24,000 bases of DNA. It comes from Prevotellaceae bacterium (GTDB taxonomy: Bacteria; Bacteroidota; Bacteroidia; Bacteroidales; UBA932). Position 1 is the stretch's first letter, and each line of letters starts with the position of its first letter. The position numbers were made by a program, and so were the translations under genes. Location: NCBI GenBank assembly GCA_031279475.1, contig JAITIL010000070.1:653-24652 (forward strand). The letters run 5' to 3'. Below the pieces are notes generated by a model that worked only from the letters and a program-made list of their open reading frames with translations, made no database searches and was not told where the DNA came from. Positions 1 through 8,831 of this stretch are shown here, piece after piece.

Positions 1-976
1 CAAGGCGATAGGGCATATTGGTGGTGGTGCCTGAAATAGTCAGGTTATTATCCGTACCGAATGCGGGTTGATAAATCTGGTCCTGCCAATCGGTATTTGA
101 AGTTCCCAACATAGCTTTAAATTCATTGTTGCTGAGTGGATAGTTGTTTATTATACTACGAATCTGACCGGCCGAAAGCACTTCTATCTTCGTTGGCAGA
201 ACAGAAGTTGAAAACCTGGTGTTGAAATCTACTTTGGTTTTTTGTCCGAATTTAGCCTGTTTGGTCGTAATAATAACAATACCATTAGAGGCTCTCGATC
301 CGTAGATAGCAGTAGCCGAAGCGTCTTTCATTACATTCATGGATTCGATATCATTCGGATTGATGGTGCTCAACAAGCCGGGAGCACCTTCCACACTGCT
401 GTTTTCAATCGGAACGCCATCTATAATAATCAATGGGTCATTGCTTCCGCTCAGCGATGCACCACCCCGTATTCGTATCCGGCTTCCCGATCCCGGAGCG
501 CCTCCATTCGGCGTGACTACCACTCCGGCTATTTTGCCCATAATCATCCGGTCGGCCGACACTACTCCTTTCTGGAAATCCTTTTCGGCAACTACTGTAA
601 TGGCGCCTGTAAGATCCCTCTTTTTTACAGAAGAATAGCCAATCAATACCACTTCGTCCAAATCCGTAACATCATTCTCGAGTGTTACATCAATACGTGT
701 GAGGTTTTTTACCGCCACCTTAACCGGTTTGTATCCAATATAAGAAAAAACAAGCGTTACTTGCCCTTTTTCCGGGACAGTAATGGAATAATTGCCATCC
801 ATATTGGTCACAACAACTGTTTTTGTCCCTTCAATGGTTACCGATACCCCGGGAAGAGTTTCTCCTTCGGGATTGAAAACAGCTCCTTTTACTTGTGTTT
901 CCTGCCCCAACAAGTTGTTTACAGAAAACATGAGCATACATAACAAGCATGCTATTTTTAATAAATGTGTTTGCAT
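1..976 (-). CDS. SusC/RagA-family TonB-dependent outer-membrane receptor, N-terminal ~325 aa (gene continues past position 1)
   Basis: Absent from the ORF track because there is no stop inside the window. My translation of the minus strand from the ATG at 976..974 gives a signal peptide, MQTHLLKIACLLCMLMFSVNNLLGQ. Next comes a carboxypeptidase-regulatory-like domain (ETQVKGAVFNPEGETLPGVSVTIEGTKTVVVTNMDGNYSITVPEKGQVTLVFSYIGYKPVKV). Plug-domain motifs follow (DEVVLIGYSSVKKRDLTGAI, IRIRGGASLSGSNDPLIIIDGVP, INPNDIESMNVMKDASATAIYGSRASNGIVIITTK). The frame stays open to position 1. Confidence 0.9.
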   Translation of the reverse strand, partial: MQTHLLKIACLLCMLMFSVNNLLGQETQVKGAVFNPEGETLPGVSVTIEGTKTVVVTNMDGNYSITVPEKGQVTLVFSYIGYKPVKVAVKNLTRIDVTLENDVTDLDEVVLIGYSSVKKRDLTGAITVVAEKDFQKGVVSADRMIMGKIAGVVVTPNGGAPGSGSRIRIRGGASLSGSNDPLIIIDGVPIENSSVEGAPGLLSTINPNDIESMNVMKDASATAIYGSRASNGIVIITTKQAKFGQKTKVDFNTRFSTSVLPTKIEVLSAGQIRSIINNYPLSNNEFKAMLGTSNTDWQDQIYQPAFGTDNNLTISGTTTNMPYRL

Positions 977-986
977 AAAGTTAGCG

Positions 987-1931
987 TTAAGGTTGTTTTA
1001 ATTTGTTTTCAAGTAAGAATATTAACGGGATATGAAATCTGTTTGCCCAATATTTTTCATTATGATCTTCACCCGGGAATTCAATGGTTGTCCAGGATGT
1101 ATCATCATAAGACTTTTGTTTCACGACAGTATCAATATTTTTTTGAAATTCGGGATAGTTGGCATCTAAGCCTACAGTGCCATAATCAAAATAGATGGCA
1201 TGGTTTTCAGGTGAGGGTAAAGATTGTTCGAGGTAGGCACAAATGCCAGCGGGTATTTCCTCATTATAATCGAATGTCCCTATCCAATGAGTAGAAAGGC
1301 AGGCTGCACCATAAAAAACTTGCGGGTACTCACAAAGTGCATAAAGCGATATTAAAGCCCCCAGGCTCGATCCGCTTATAAATGTTTTTCCCTGTTCCGG
1401 AAAAGTAGGAAATGTATGATCTATAAATGGCTTTAACTCCGTAACTATAAATTGCAAATAACGATCGGCTAAAGGACATTCCAGAAACAAAGCTAACAGC
1501 TGATTACGGAAAGGTTCTTCAATGTATTCTATAGCCTTTTGCGGAAAATATTCGGTATATCTTTTACGGCCATTATTCCAAATACCCACCACAATGACAT
1601 CTTCAATTTCCTGTTGTGCCATTAATTTCCCCACGGTTTCATCTACCTGCCATTCTTTGCTATTCCATACCCCGCCGGCATCAAACAAATTTTGTCCATC
1701 ATGCATATAGCATACCGCATATTGTTTGTCTGAGGAAAAACTCTCAGGAAGCCAAACATCTACATTCCTGTTCTCAACCCATTCGGATTCCACATAAAAA
1801 CGTTTGACTGTTCCGGATGACACATTCAGGCTATGCGCTATTTCCACATAATGGGCCTGACCCAGCACAACATGACATTCCAAAAGAATCAAGAAATGGC
1901 AGAGAAAAAAGTTATAAATATTTTTTTGCAT
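987..1931 (-). CDS. Secreted alpha/beta-hydrolase, 'putative esterase' (esterase D / enterochelin-esterase-like) family
   Basis: ORF 987..1964. It has a GxSxG nucleophile elbow (ISGSSLGA) in an esterase-family context (VDVWLPESF, YMHDGQNLF, VVGIWN). I prefer the ATG at 1931 (MQKNIYNFFLCHFLILLECHVVLGQ, signal-like) because a TAnnTTTG box lies at 1954..1961, downstream of the longer ORF's start. It ends 10 nt before the SusC start, so the two are probably co-transcribed. Confidence 0.8.
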   Translation of the reverse strand: MQKNIYNFFLCHFLILLECHVVLGQAHYVEIAHSLNVSSGTVKRFYVESEWVENRNVDVWLPESFSSDKQYAVCYMHDGQNLFDAGGVWNSKEWQVDETVGKLMAQQEIEDVIVVGIWNNGRKRYTEYFPQKAIEYIEEPFRNQLLALFLECPLADRYLQFIVTELKPFIDHTFPTFPEQGKTFISGSSLGALISLYALCEYPQVFYGAACLSTHWIGTFDYNEEIPAGICAYLEQSLPSPENHAIYFDYGTVGLDANYPEFQKNIDTVVKQKSYDDTSWTTIEFPGEDHNEKYWANRFHIPLIFLLENKLKQP

Positions 1932-1953
1932 AAAGTCACAGTAAGTAACTTTG

Positions 1954-1961
1954 CAAACATA
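1954..1961 (-). promoter_or_regulatory. Candidate Bacteroidota -7 promoter box (TATGTTTG on minus strand) for the esterase-susC operon
   Basis: The plus strand reads caaacata, whose reverse complement TATGTTTG fits the Bacteroides sigma-A consensus TAnnTTTG. It lies 23 nt upstream of the ATG at 1931. A second match (TATATTTG, plus coordinates 2055..2062) lies further upstream. Confidence 0.35.
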
Positions 1962-2146
1962 CATTATAACCCTCCAAAAGACAAGGAATAAAAAGCAGGT
2001 CTAAGAAATATATAACTGAAATAAAGCCCCAAATAAATATACTACGCTAATTTACAAATATATACTAAATTTTCAATGTTAAGAAAATATAAATTATATA
2101 TATCTAAAATATTAAACTAAAGTTTTGATTGCCGATCATATTATAA

Positions 2147-3757
2147 TTAACCAGCCAATTCTATTTTCATAATTTCCTGTTCAAATTGTTCGCTGGGGAC
2201 CAATGCGTGTTTTTTGATTTTCGATTTATACGTATTTATAGTGTGTACCGAATAATTTAAGAATTTGGCAATGCTTTCAACATCCGACACGCCTAAGCGG
2301 ATTAATGCGAATATGCGTATTTCTGGACTAAGTACATGCGCCGATTTGAGCGTGATCTGGTATTCTTCTTTCAACAATAGATTGAATTGCGTAACGAAAT
2401 TGGGGAATATTTTAATAAAAATTTGATCAAACGAATTAAACATTTCTTCCCTGTATTTTTGTATTTCCATTGTTCTTAGTACCCTAAGCGAATCATCATA
2501 CTGTTTGCCCAGCAATTTTTGGGTGATTAATTTTCTGTAGTATTCCAATTTTTCTATAAAGGCGGAATTAACACTAAAAAAATATCCAATATATCCGTTT
2601 TTAATATTATCTACTTCTTTCAATTTATCGTTGATTTGCTTCAATGTTTCATTTTGTTGTTTATTTATTTCACGTGCTTGTTTTAATTGTCTCATCTGTA
2701 TCATAATAACAATTATAGCAACAAGAAATAAAACAAGTAAGACAGAGATTATAATGGAAAAATCAACTAACCACTGGCGTTGTTTATTAATAATATCAAA
2801 TCTTGTTTTTTCAATGATGGGCAACACATCTCCAACTTCTATTTTTCGATGGCGCGCATTATAAAATTCAGCGTCTGCCAGGGCTTCAGTGGCATACTGG
2901 TAAGCATGCTGTAAATCTCCTTTATCATATACGATAGCGGCCAATATACATAGTGCGGGAGTTTCTTTAACTACTGCTTTAATATCGGCAATGGCGGCAT
3001 AACACAAATAAGGGATAGCCTGCACAGTATCTTTCAGTAAAAGATAGAACAGCCCCATACCTCCAGTATTCAACGACTTGTTTCGTTCATTCAAATCCAT
3101 TGTTTCTAATTGTAGTTTTATGCTTTCAATAGCTTGCTGATATTGACATTGGCATCGGTATATATTCACCTTATGCGGAAGGCTTTGCGGATTATCCTCT
3201 CCCTGTAAATCAATAACGAGTTGACTATACTTGATCGATGCCCTGCTATACTCGCTTTGATACGGCTCAACCATTATAGAGTTACTCATATCAAGATTTA
3301 ATTTGGATAGAAAAGAATATAACGCCGTTTTATGATGCAGCGTTAATTCCTTAACATCAATTTTTTGTACTATTTCATTAGACTCTTTGAAAAGCCCTGC
3401 ATTCAAGCAACAATAGGCCATAGATAATTGAGATTCTATAATCTTGTTTTTATCCTTCATTGCAGTGGCCAAATCAAGCATTTTTTCCGTATAAAAATAG
3501 GCTTGCTCATAGTTATACAACTGATATTCTTCATACAGCTTTACATACAAATCATATTTTTTGTTAGGCTGAATATTAGACCTTTGCAATATTATTTTCA
3601 AGGAGTCAATATGCATTATTTTGGTTCGCTCATAAACACGCTTATGTTTAAGTGCCGCATCTAATTCTTGCAGGTTACTTTGCGTAAAATCGATTTGGCA
3701 AAAAGCAAATATTTCAGATAGAGGCAGAATTAAAAATAAAAACAATGTAAACTTCAT
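2147..3757 (-). CDS. Membrane-anchored TPR-like sensor with C-terminal LuxR-type HTH (DUF6377-like transcriptional regulator)
   Basis: 536-aa ORF. It has an N-terminal signal peptide (MKFTLFLFLILPLSEIFAFCQ) and a long helical-repeat region. One TM helix follows (FSIIISVLLVLFLVAIIVIMI), then a coiled coil (QMRQLKQAREINKQQNETLKQINDKLKE). The C-terminus is an HTH (LSPEIRIFALIRLGVSDVESIAKFLNYSVHTINTYKSKIKKH). This architecture and its position next to susC are typical of Bacteroidota PUL regulators. The gene is very AT-rich. Confidence 0.75.
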   Translation of the reverse strand: MKFTLFLFLILPLSEIFAFCQIDFTQSNLQELDAALKHKRVYERTKIMHIDSLKIILQRSNIQPNKKYDLYVKLYEEYQLYNYEQAYFYTEKMLDLATAMKDKNKIIESQLSMAYCCLNAGLFKESNEIVQKIDVKELTLHHKTALYSFLSKLNLDMSNSIMVEPYQSEYSRASIKYSQLVIDLQGEDNPQSLPHKVNIYRCQCQYQQAIESIKLQLETMDLNERNKSLNTGGMGLFYLLLKDTVQAIPYLCYAAIADIKAVVKETPALCILAAIVYDKGDLQHAYQYATEALADAEFYNARHRKIEVGDVLPIIEKTRFDIINKQRQWLVDFSIIISVLLVLFLVAIIVIMIQMRQLKQAREINKQQNETLKQINDKLKEVDNIKNGYIGYFFSVNSAFIEKLEYYRKLITQKLLGKQYDDSLRVLRTMEIQKYREEMFNSFDQIFIKIFPNFVTQFNLLLKEEYQITLKSAHVLSPEIRIFALIRLGVSDVESIAKFLNYSVHTINTYKSKIKKHALVPSEQFEQEIMKIELAG

Positions 3758-3884
3758 GGCTATAGTTTTTATTAGAACCGATGTGCAATTATACGAAAAA
3801 TTTACAACACCAAATTACTGCCGTAAAATTTCTTTTAATTTTAAATGTTTTTTTCAATAAATGCGAAAATAATAATAATTTTTG

Positions 3885-3892
3885 TATTTTTG
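3885..3892 (+). promoter_or_regulatory. Candidate -7 promoter box (TATTTTTG) for the AraC-family gene
   Basis: Matches TAnnTTTG and lies 49 nt upstream of the ATG at 3941, in the divergent intergenic region 3758..3940. Confidence 0.3.
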
Positions 3893-3940
3893 CACTAAAA
3901 TAACCTGTTCTTTTTTAAAACCTAACCAACTTTTACATCC

Positions 3941-4825
3941 ATGAATAATCTTACTTCTATCCGTGAGATTACACCGCTATCTGCAAAAGATTGTTTTTAT
4001 ATTGCCGACCGGCAAAAAACAGCATTCACTTATCCTATTCATACCCACAATGAATTTGAACTGAATTTTATTGCACAAGCGCCCGGTGTGAAAAGAATTG
4101 TGGGTGATTCTATTGAAATCATCGGCGAATACGACCTGGTGCTTATTACCAGCAAGGATTTGGAACACGTGTGGGAGCAACACGAGTGCCGGTCGCCCCA
4201 CATTCGTGAGATTACCATACAGTTTTCGCCCGACTTGTTTTTTGCCAATTTCATCGACAAAAACCAGTTCGGCACCATCCGCAGGATGTTGCAAAAGGCG
4301 CAGAAAGGGTTGTCTTTCCCTATGGAGGCCGTTTTGAAAACATACGGGTTGTTGGATAAATTATCGGGCAAGCAAGGTTTTTATGCGGTGCTTGATTTCT
4401 TAACCATCCTCTACGAACTCTCCCTGTTCAGCGACGAAGCGCGGACATTGTCAAGTTCTTCTTTTGCAAAAACAAGCGTACAGTCCGACAGTCGCCGCGT
4501 GCAAAAAGTGCAAGAGTACATTAATGCACACTACAAAGAGGAAATCCGCTTGAGCGAGTTGGCCGACATCATCAAGATGACGCCGGTGGCGTTTAGCCGC
4601 TTCTTCAAACTGCGCACCAGTGAAACGCTGATGGACTACATTATCGATATTCGTTTAGGGCATGCTACCCGCCTGTTGGTCGACTCCACTATGTCTATTT
4701 CCGAAATATGTTACGACTGCGGTTTTAATAATATTTCCAATTTTAACCGTATCTTCAAGAAGAAAAAGAATTGTTCGCCTAAAGAATTTCGTGAAAATTA
4801 CCGGAAGAAAAAAGTCGTAGTGTAG
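3941..4825 (+). CDS. AraC-family transcriptional regulator (N-terminal cupin-like sensor domain, C-terminal double HTH)
   Basis: 294-aa ORF. The N-terminal part carries YPIHTHNEFELNF and DLVLITSKDLEH (cupin/AraC ligand-binding type). The C-terminal part carries IRLSELADIIKMTPVAFSRFFK and SISEICYDCGFNNISNFNRIFKKKKNCSPKEFR (AraC HTH signature). Confidence 0.9.
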   Translation: MNNLTSIREITPLSAKDCFYIADRQKTAFTYPIHTHNEFELNFIAQAPGVKRIVGDSIEIIGEYDLVLITSKDLEHVWEQHECRSPHIREITIQFSPDLFFANFIDKNQFGTIRRMLQKAQKGLSFPMEAVLKTYGLLDKLSGKQGFYAVLDFLTILYELSLFSDEARTLSSSSFAKTSVQSDSRRVQKVQEYINAHYKEEIRLSELADIIKMTPVAFSRFFKLRTSETLMDYIIDIRLGHATRLLVDSTMSISEICYDCGFNNISNFNRIFKKKKNCSPKEFRENYRKKKVVV

Positions 4826-5224
4826 CATTGAGTAGTATTTATTCCCCAAAAATGATACTATATTAACATCTTTTATCTTCGGCCATAAGGAAGTATAACT
4901 CCTCATTTCTAATTAAAAACCATCACACGCCGCGGAATATAATGTTAATATAATACCATAAACGCGGGTTATAAAATATCAATAATGGATAATAAAGTAT
5001 TTGTTATGAATCCTCTTTCATTTTTATCATTCGTTTAATATTTTAACTTAATATTGGGTTTATGTTAACGGCGTCAGCCAAATAAAATTGGACAAACTGA
5101 AGGATTAGGCCATAAAAATTAACTTTAACTAATAATGTATGAAAAAACTGTTTAACCTACAATGGGCAAATCGACAAACACACCTTTACGGCCATGCCCG
5201 GACAGGAAATGTGGGAGTCGTTAT

Positions 5225-5419
5225 GGGAATGGCAACGGCGGCGACGGTAAAATCAGCACCGAAAACCGGACGAGTATAGGCTCGCCGCTGCCGAAGTTTA
5301 CCTATGGGTTCAACAATACATTCAGCTTTAAAAATTTTGACCTCACCCTGTTCCTGCAAGGCAGCTACGGCAATAAAATCTTTAACGCCTTAGACCGCGA
5401 CTTTACCGGCATGGGCTAT
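5225..5419 (+). pseudogene. Isolated internal fragment (~65 aa) of a SusC/RagA TonB-dependent receptor beta-barrel
   Basis: Within ORF 5162..5509, the stretch GNGNGGDGKISTENRTSIGSPLPKFTYGFNNTFSFKNFDLTLFLQGSYGNKIFNALDRDFTGMGY matches the conserved mid-barrel SusC block (NGDGKI..DR..IG.P.PKF.GG.NN.F.YKNFDL..F.QG..GN.IFN). No plug domain, signal peptide or barrel C-terminus flanks it. Confidence 0.6.
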
Positions 5420-5600
5420 TTCATCCTGTTATTTTTTAATATATGCCGAAACCAACATCTGGGCGCAGGAAAGCGTGCATTGCAAGGCAATAACTTTTTC
5501 CACATTTAAGTTAAGAATTAAGAAAAGGTCTTTGACATATTGTTTACACGTTTTTGGCGAAAGTTTAGCTTTATTGTGTTGTTATTACAAATAAAATGAC

Positions 5601-5608
5601 TACTTTTG
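5601..5608 (+). promoter_or_regulatory. Candidate -7 promoter box (TACTTTTG) for the PD-(D/E)XK nuclease gene
   Basis: Matches TAnnTTTG and lies 27 nt upstream of the ATG at 5635. It is downstream of the ATG at 5596, which argues against the longer ORF. Confidence 0.35.
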
Positions 5609-5634
5609 CGTATTGTACCATTCAAACTATTATT

Positions 5635-6651
5635 ATGATAATTGCTAACCCCATTTACGACACCGTGTTTAAGCGGCTCATGGAAAACGAACGGGCTGCC
5701 CGCTTTTTTATCGGCACGCTGCTGAACCGGGAGATTACATTGGTGAAAATGCTGCCGCAAGAATTTACCCACTACAACGAGACCGATAAACTCACCGTTT
5801 TCCGACTCGACTTCATGGCCACCGTCAGCACAGACAGCGGAGAACAGCAAAAGATTTTGATTGAAGTGCAAAAAGCGAAGGAAGAAACCGACCTGATGCG
5901 TTTCCGCGGCTACTTGGGCGAGCAGTATAAGAAGGAAGAGGAGGTCGATGGTGTGAAAACAGCGCTACCCATTACCACCATTTACATATTGGGATTTACA
6001 TTGCCCGAAATACCGACGGCCTGTATGAAAGTAGGCCGGGAGTATAAAGACTTGGTGAATAATGTGCTTCTCGACGCCCGCAGTCCTTTTGTGGAAAAGC
6101 TCACGCACGACAGTTACATCGTGCAGGCAAGCCGGATTACGGGACGTTACCAAACACGGCTGGACAAGCTGCTGAGCATTTTCGAACAGGCATATTTCAC
6201 CGACACCACCGAAGCCGTAAAGCAGTACAAGTACGAGCCCGACGACGCGGAGGTGAAAGCCATCACAGAATTGCTGCACCATGTGGGCACCGACCCCGAT
6301 GAACGCAAAGAACTGGACGACGAGATAGAGTATCGCCGCACATTGAACGAATGGTTCGGGAAACACTACGCCACCATTATACAGCAAAATCAACTCCTGG
6401 CAGAAAATCAGAAGAAGCTGAAAGAAGCTGCTAAAGCTATTTCGGAACAAAGCAAAACGCTCTCGGAACAAAGCAAAACACTCTCAGAGCAAAGTAAAAC
6501 GCTCTCGGAACAAGACAAAGCGCTCTCAGAGCAAAGCAAAACGCTCTCGGAACAAAGCAAAGCCATTTCGGAAAAAGACAAAGCTATTTCAGAAAAAGAT
6601 GAAAGAATTGCAGCGCTGGAGCGCTTACTAAAAGCTACAGGGAAAATATAA
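5635..6651 (+). CDS. PD-(D/E)XK nuclease-family protein (Rpn-like 'putative transposase/recombination-promoting nuclease') with C-terminal heptad-repeat coiled coil
   Basis: ORF 5596..6651, with the ATG at 5635 preferred (MIIANPIYDTVFKRLMEN...). The N-terminus is of the family type. A nuclease core pattern is present: RLDFMATVSTDSGEQQKILIEVQKA, giving D ... E-V-Q-K. The C-terminal ~60 aa are eight SEQSKTL-type heptads. Confidence 0.75.
   Translation: MIIANPIYDTVFKRLMENERAARFFIGTLLNREITLVKMLPQEFTHYNETDKLTVFRLDFMATVSTDSGEQQKILIEVQKAKEETDLMRFRGYLGEQYKKEEEVDGVKTALPITTIYILGFTLPEIPTACMKVGREYKDLVNNVLLDARSPFVEKLTHDSYIVQASRITGRYQTRLDKLLSIFEQAYFTDTTEAVKQYKYEPDDAEVKAITELLHHVGTDPDERKELDDEIEYRRTLNEWFGKHYATIIQQNQLLAENQKKLKEAAKAISEQSKTLSEQSKTLSEQSKTLSEQDKALSEQSKTLSEQSKAISEKDKAISEKDERIAALERLLKATGKI
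6436..6603 (+). repeat. Eight tandem copies of a 21-bp in-frame repeat (consensus ACGCTCTCGGAACAAAGCAAA = TLSEQSK)
   Basis: Read directly. Units start at 6436, 6457, 6478, 6499, 6520, 6541, 6562 and 6583. They encode AISEQSK, TLSEQSK, TLSEQSK, TLSEQDK, ALSEQSK, TLSEQSK, AISEKDK and AISEKDE. Units 2 and 6 are identical at the nucleotide level. Confidence 0.95.
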
Positions 6652-6678
6652 GTGTAGCCGGCGACTCGAATAAATAAA

Positions 6679-6714
6679 ACGTGTAAATAAAAATGCTTCT
6701 TTACACGTTTTTTT
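6679..6714 (+). terminator. Rho-independent terminator candidate after the PD-(D/E)XK gene
   Basis: A 9-bp perfect stem, ACGTGTAAA (6679..6687) pairing with TTTACACGT (6700..6708), with a 12-nt loop. It is followed by TTTTTT (6709..6714) and lies 28 nt after the stop codon. Confidence 0.55.
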
Positions 6715-6733
6715 ATTGAAGAATACTATTAAA

Positions 6734-7488
6734 ATGAATACAACAATAAACAAAATTATACCACTCATTATCAATATGATAACATTTTTATCCTGTAACA
6801 ATCCGGAAACCGGGAACACCGTCCAAACGGCGGTCGAAAAACATGGGCAACTATCCGTAAACGGCACTGCACTGGTGGACAAAAATAATGAAACCGTGGC
6901 ACTGCGCGGGGTGAGCCCCGGATGGCACAAATAGTGGCCGCGCTTCTATTCCAAAGAAACCGTAGCGTGGTTAGTATCCGATTGGAACGTCACGCTGTTG
7001 CGCGCCGCCATTGGCGTGGAACCCGACGGCGCCTATCTGTCCAATCCCACGCAGGCGCTACGACGATGCCTTACCACCATAGTCGACGCTGCCATTGAAC
7101 ACGGCGTTTACGTGATTATCGACCGGCATGCGCACTACATTTACATCGAAGAGGTCACAATATCGTGTATACCACGCATTTCTACGCCAGCACGCACAAA
7201 CAATGGCTGCTCGACTGTGCCGACTATGCATTACAAAAAAATTTACCTATCTTTGTATCAGAATGTGCCGGCATGGAAGCCAGTGGCGATGCAGCCATCG
7301 ACCTTGAAGAATGGAACCGCTACCTGCAATGGATGCAACAAAAAAAACTCAGTTGGGCGGCCCGGTTAATCTCCGACAAGGATGAAACCTGTTCTATGAT
7401 GGCATTGCTCATTCCGCCCATCGACGGTTGGCAGGACAATGATTTAAAAACATGGGGGAAAATTGTGAAACAAGCGTTAAATCCATAA
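6734..7488 (+). pseudogene. Glycoside hydrolase family 5 (endo-beta-glucanase/mannanase type) lipoprotein, disrupted by a nonsense codon and an internal deletion/frameshift
   Basis: Three track ORFs (6716..6934, 6998..7369, 7165..7488) together read as one GH5. There is a lipoprotein signal, MNTTINKIIPLIINMITFLSC. Then GQLSVNGTALVDKNNETVALRGVSPGWHK is followed by TAG (6932..6934) and WPRFYSKETVAWLVSDWNVTLLRAAIGVEPDGAYL...GVYVIIDRHAH in the same frame. The frame switches near 7140..7152 to NIVYTTHFYASTHKQWLLDCADYALQKNLPIFVSECAG...KLSW. The segment that normally carries the NEP acid/base motif between the IIDWH and HFYA blocks is missing. Confidence 0.8.
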
Positions 7489-7543
7489 TCCAGTGGCACG
7501 AACCGGAACGAATTTCTTTCACGAACAAATAAAATAAATAATC

Positions 7544-8236
7544 ATGAAAACAAAAAAACTGATTTTAGGCGCCGTATGCCTTTTCGCAGGACTAACCGTT
7601 CATGCACAAAACAATGAGCAGTGGGCGCGATTGAACGCCTACGCAAATGACAACGCACAACTGAAAAAAGAAGCCACACCAGTGAAAGCGGCTTTCATGG
7701 GCAACTCCATCACACAGGGATGGGCTGCGATGCGTCCCGATTTTTTCAAAAACAACAATTACGTGGGACGTGGTATCAGCGGACAAACCACGCCGCAAAT
7801 GCTTTCCCGCTTTAGAACCGACATTGTAGCGTTAAAACCGCAGGTGGTGGTCATCAACGGCGGCATCAACGACATTGCCACCAACAGCGGCCCCTACGAC
7901 TTCGAATTTACCTTCGGAAGCATCCAGTCTATGGCGGAAATAGCCCATGCCAACGGAATAAAAGTAATTCTCACATCCGTGTTGCCGGCGGCGAAAATCC
8001 CGTGGCGCGAGGAAATCCCGGCCGTGCCGGAAAAAGTAGACCAACTGAACGCCGCGATAAAAACCTATTGTACCGGTAAAGGCTTCACCTACGTGGACTA
8101 CTACGCGCAATTAGTAAGCAAGGACGGCAGTAAAGGAATGATTGCACAATATACCACAGACGGCGTTCACGTGACCGTAGCGGGTTACGAAGTCATGGAA
8201 AAAATTGTGAAACAAGCCATCGATAACATAAAATAG
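7544..8236 (+). CDS. SGNH/GDSL-family hydrolase (carbohydrate acetyl-esterase type), secreted
   Basis: 230-aa intact ORF with a signal peptide (MKTKKLILGAVCLFAGLTVHAQ). All four SGNH blocks are present: FMGNSITQGW (block I Ser), RGISGQTT (block II Gly), VVINGGINDI (block III Asn) and DGVHVT (block V Asp-x-x-His). Confidence 0.85.
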   Translation: MKTKKLILGAVCLFAGLTVHAQNNEQWARLNAYANDNAQLKKEATPVKAAFMGNSITQGWAAMRPDFFKNNNYVGRGISGQTTPQMLSRFRTDIVALKPQVVVINGGINDIATNSGPYDFEFTFGSIQSMAEIAHANGIKVILTSVLPAAKIPWREEIPAVPEKVDQLNAAIKTYCTGKGFTYVDYYAQLVSKDGSKGMIAQYTTDGVHVTVAGYEVMEKIVKQAIDNIK

Positions 8237-8248
8237 AATTAAGACAGG

Positions 8249-8831
8249 ATGAATTTATTCAAACAAAGGCATAAAGCGATAAATTAAGGAGTACGAACAA
8301 TTAATTACACGAAAAAACAAACCGGCGCTTCCAGGCAATGGCATCTTTGAACGCTACGAAAATCCTGTGCTAACGCGAAATCACACACCCGTTTTTTGGC
8401 GTTACGATTTAAATCCGGAAACGAATCCTTACTGCATGGAACGCTTCAGCATCGGCGGCACATTCAACGCCGGCGCCATAAAATGGAAAGGGACGTACCT
8501 GCTGGCAGCCCGTGTGGAAGGCAGCTATCGCAAATCGTTTTTCGCCGTAGCCGAAAGCCCGAACGGCATAGACAACTTCCGCTTTTGGGACTATCCCATC
8601 ACGATGCCCGAAACAGACAATCCGGCCACAAACATCTACGACATGCGCCTCACCGCCCACGAAGATAGCTGGATTTATGGCGTCTTCTGCGTGGAACGCA
8701 AAGACCCTGACACGCCGGCAGGCGACCTCTCGTCGGCCATGGCAGCGGCGGGCATTGCACGCACCAAAGATTTGGTCACGTGGGAACGCCTGCCCGACCT
8801 GAAATCGAAAAGCCAACAGCGCAACGTGGTT
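8249..8831 (+). pseudogene. GH130 beta-1,4-mannosyl-glucose/mannooligosaccharide phosphorylase, N-terminal half only, with an early frameshift
   Basis: The ATG at 8249 gives [12 protein letters not shown] and then TAA at 8285. A shift of one nucleotide continues as [109 protein letters not shown]...[23 protein letters not shown]...[27 protein letters not shown]. These are GH130 hallmark blocks. Similarity stops at about 8831, roughly half the length of a ~390-aa family member. Confidence 0.75.

Noticed and set aside
242-943. 233-aa plus-strand ORF (also 339..638 and 792..1001)
   Set aside because: It is antisense shadow of the SusC receptor gene. Its translation is low-complexity and motif-free, whereas the minus strand gives textbook SusC plug and carboxypeptidase-like domains.
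4826-5224. AT-rich ~400-bp gap after the AraC gene, checked for tRNA, small RNA or gene remnants
   Set aside because: It has stops in all frames and no cloverleaf-compatible or strong hairpin structure seen by eye. The only feature is a weak 5-bp CCGCG/CGCGG pairing. It was left unannotated.
6436-6603. The regular 21-bp repeats as a possible CRISPR array
   Set aside because: The repeats are contiguous with no spacers. They are in frame within a CDS and encode a heptad peptide, so this is not CRISPR architecture.
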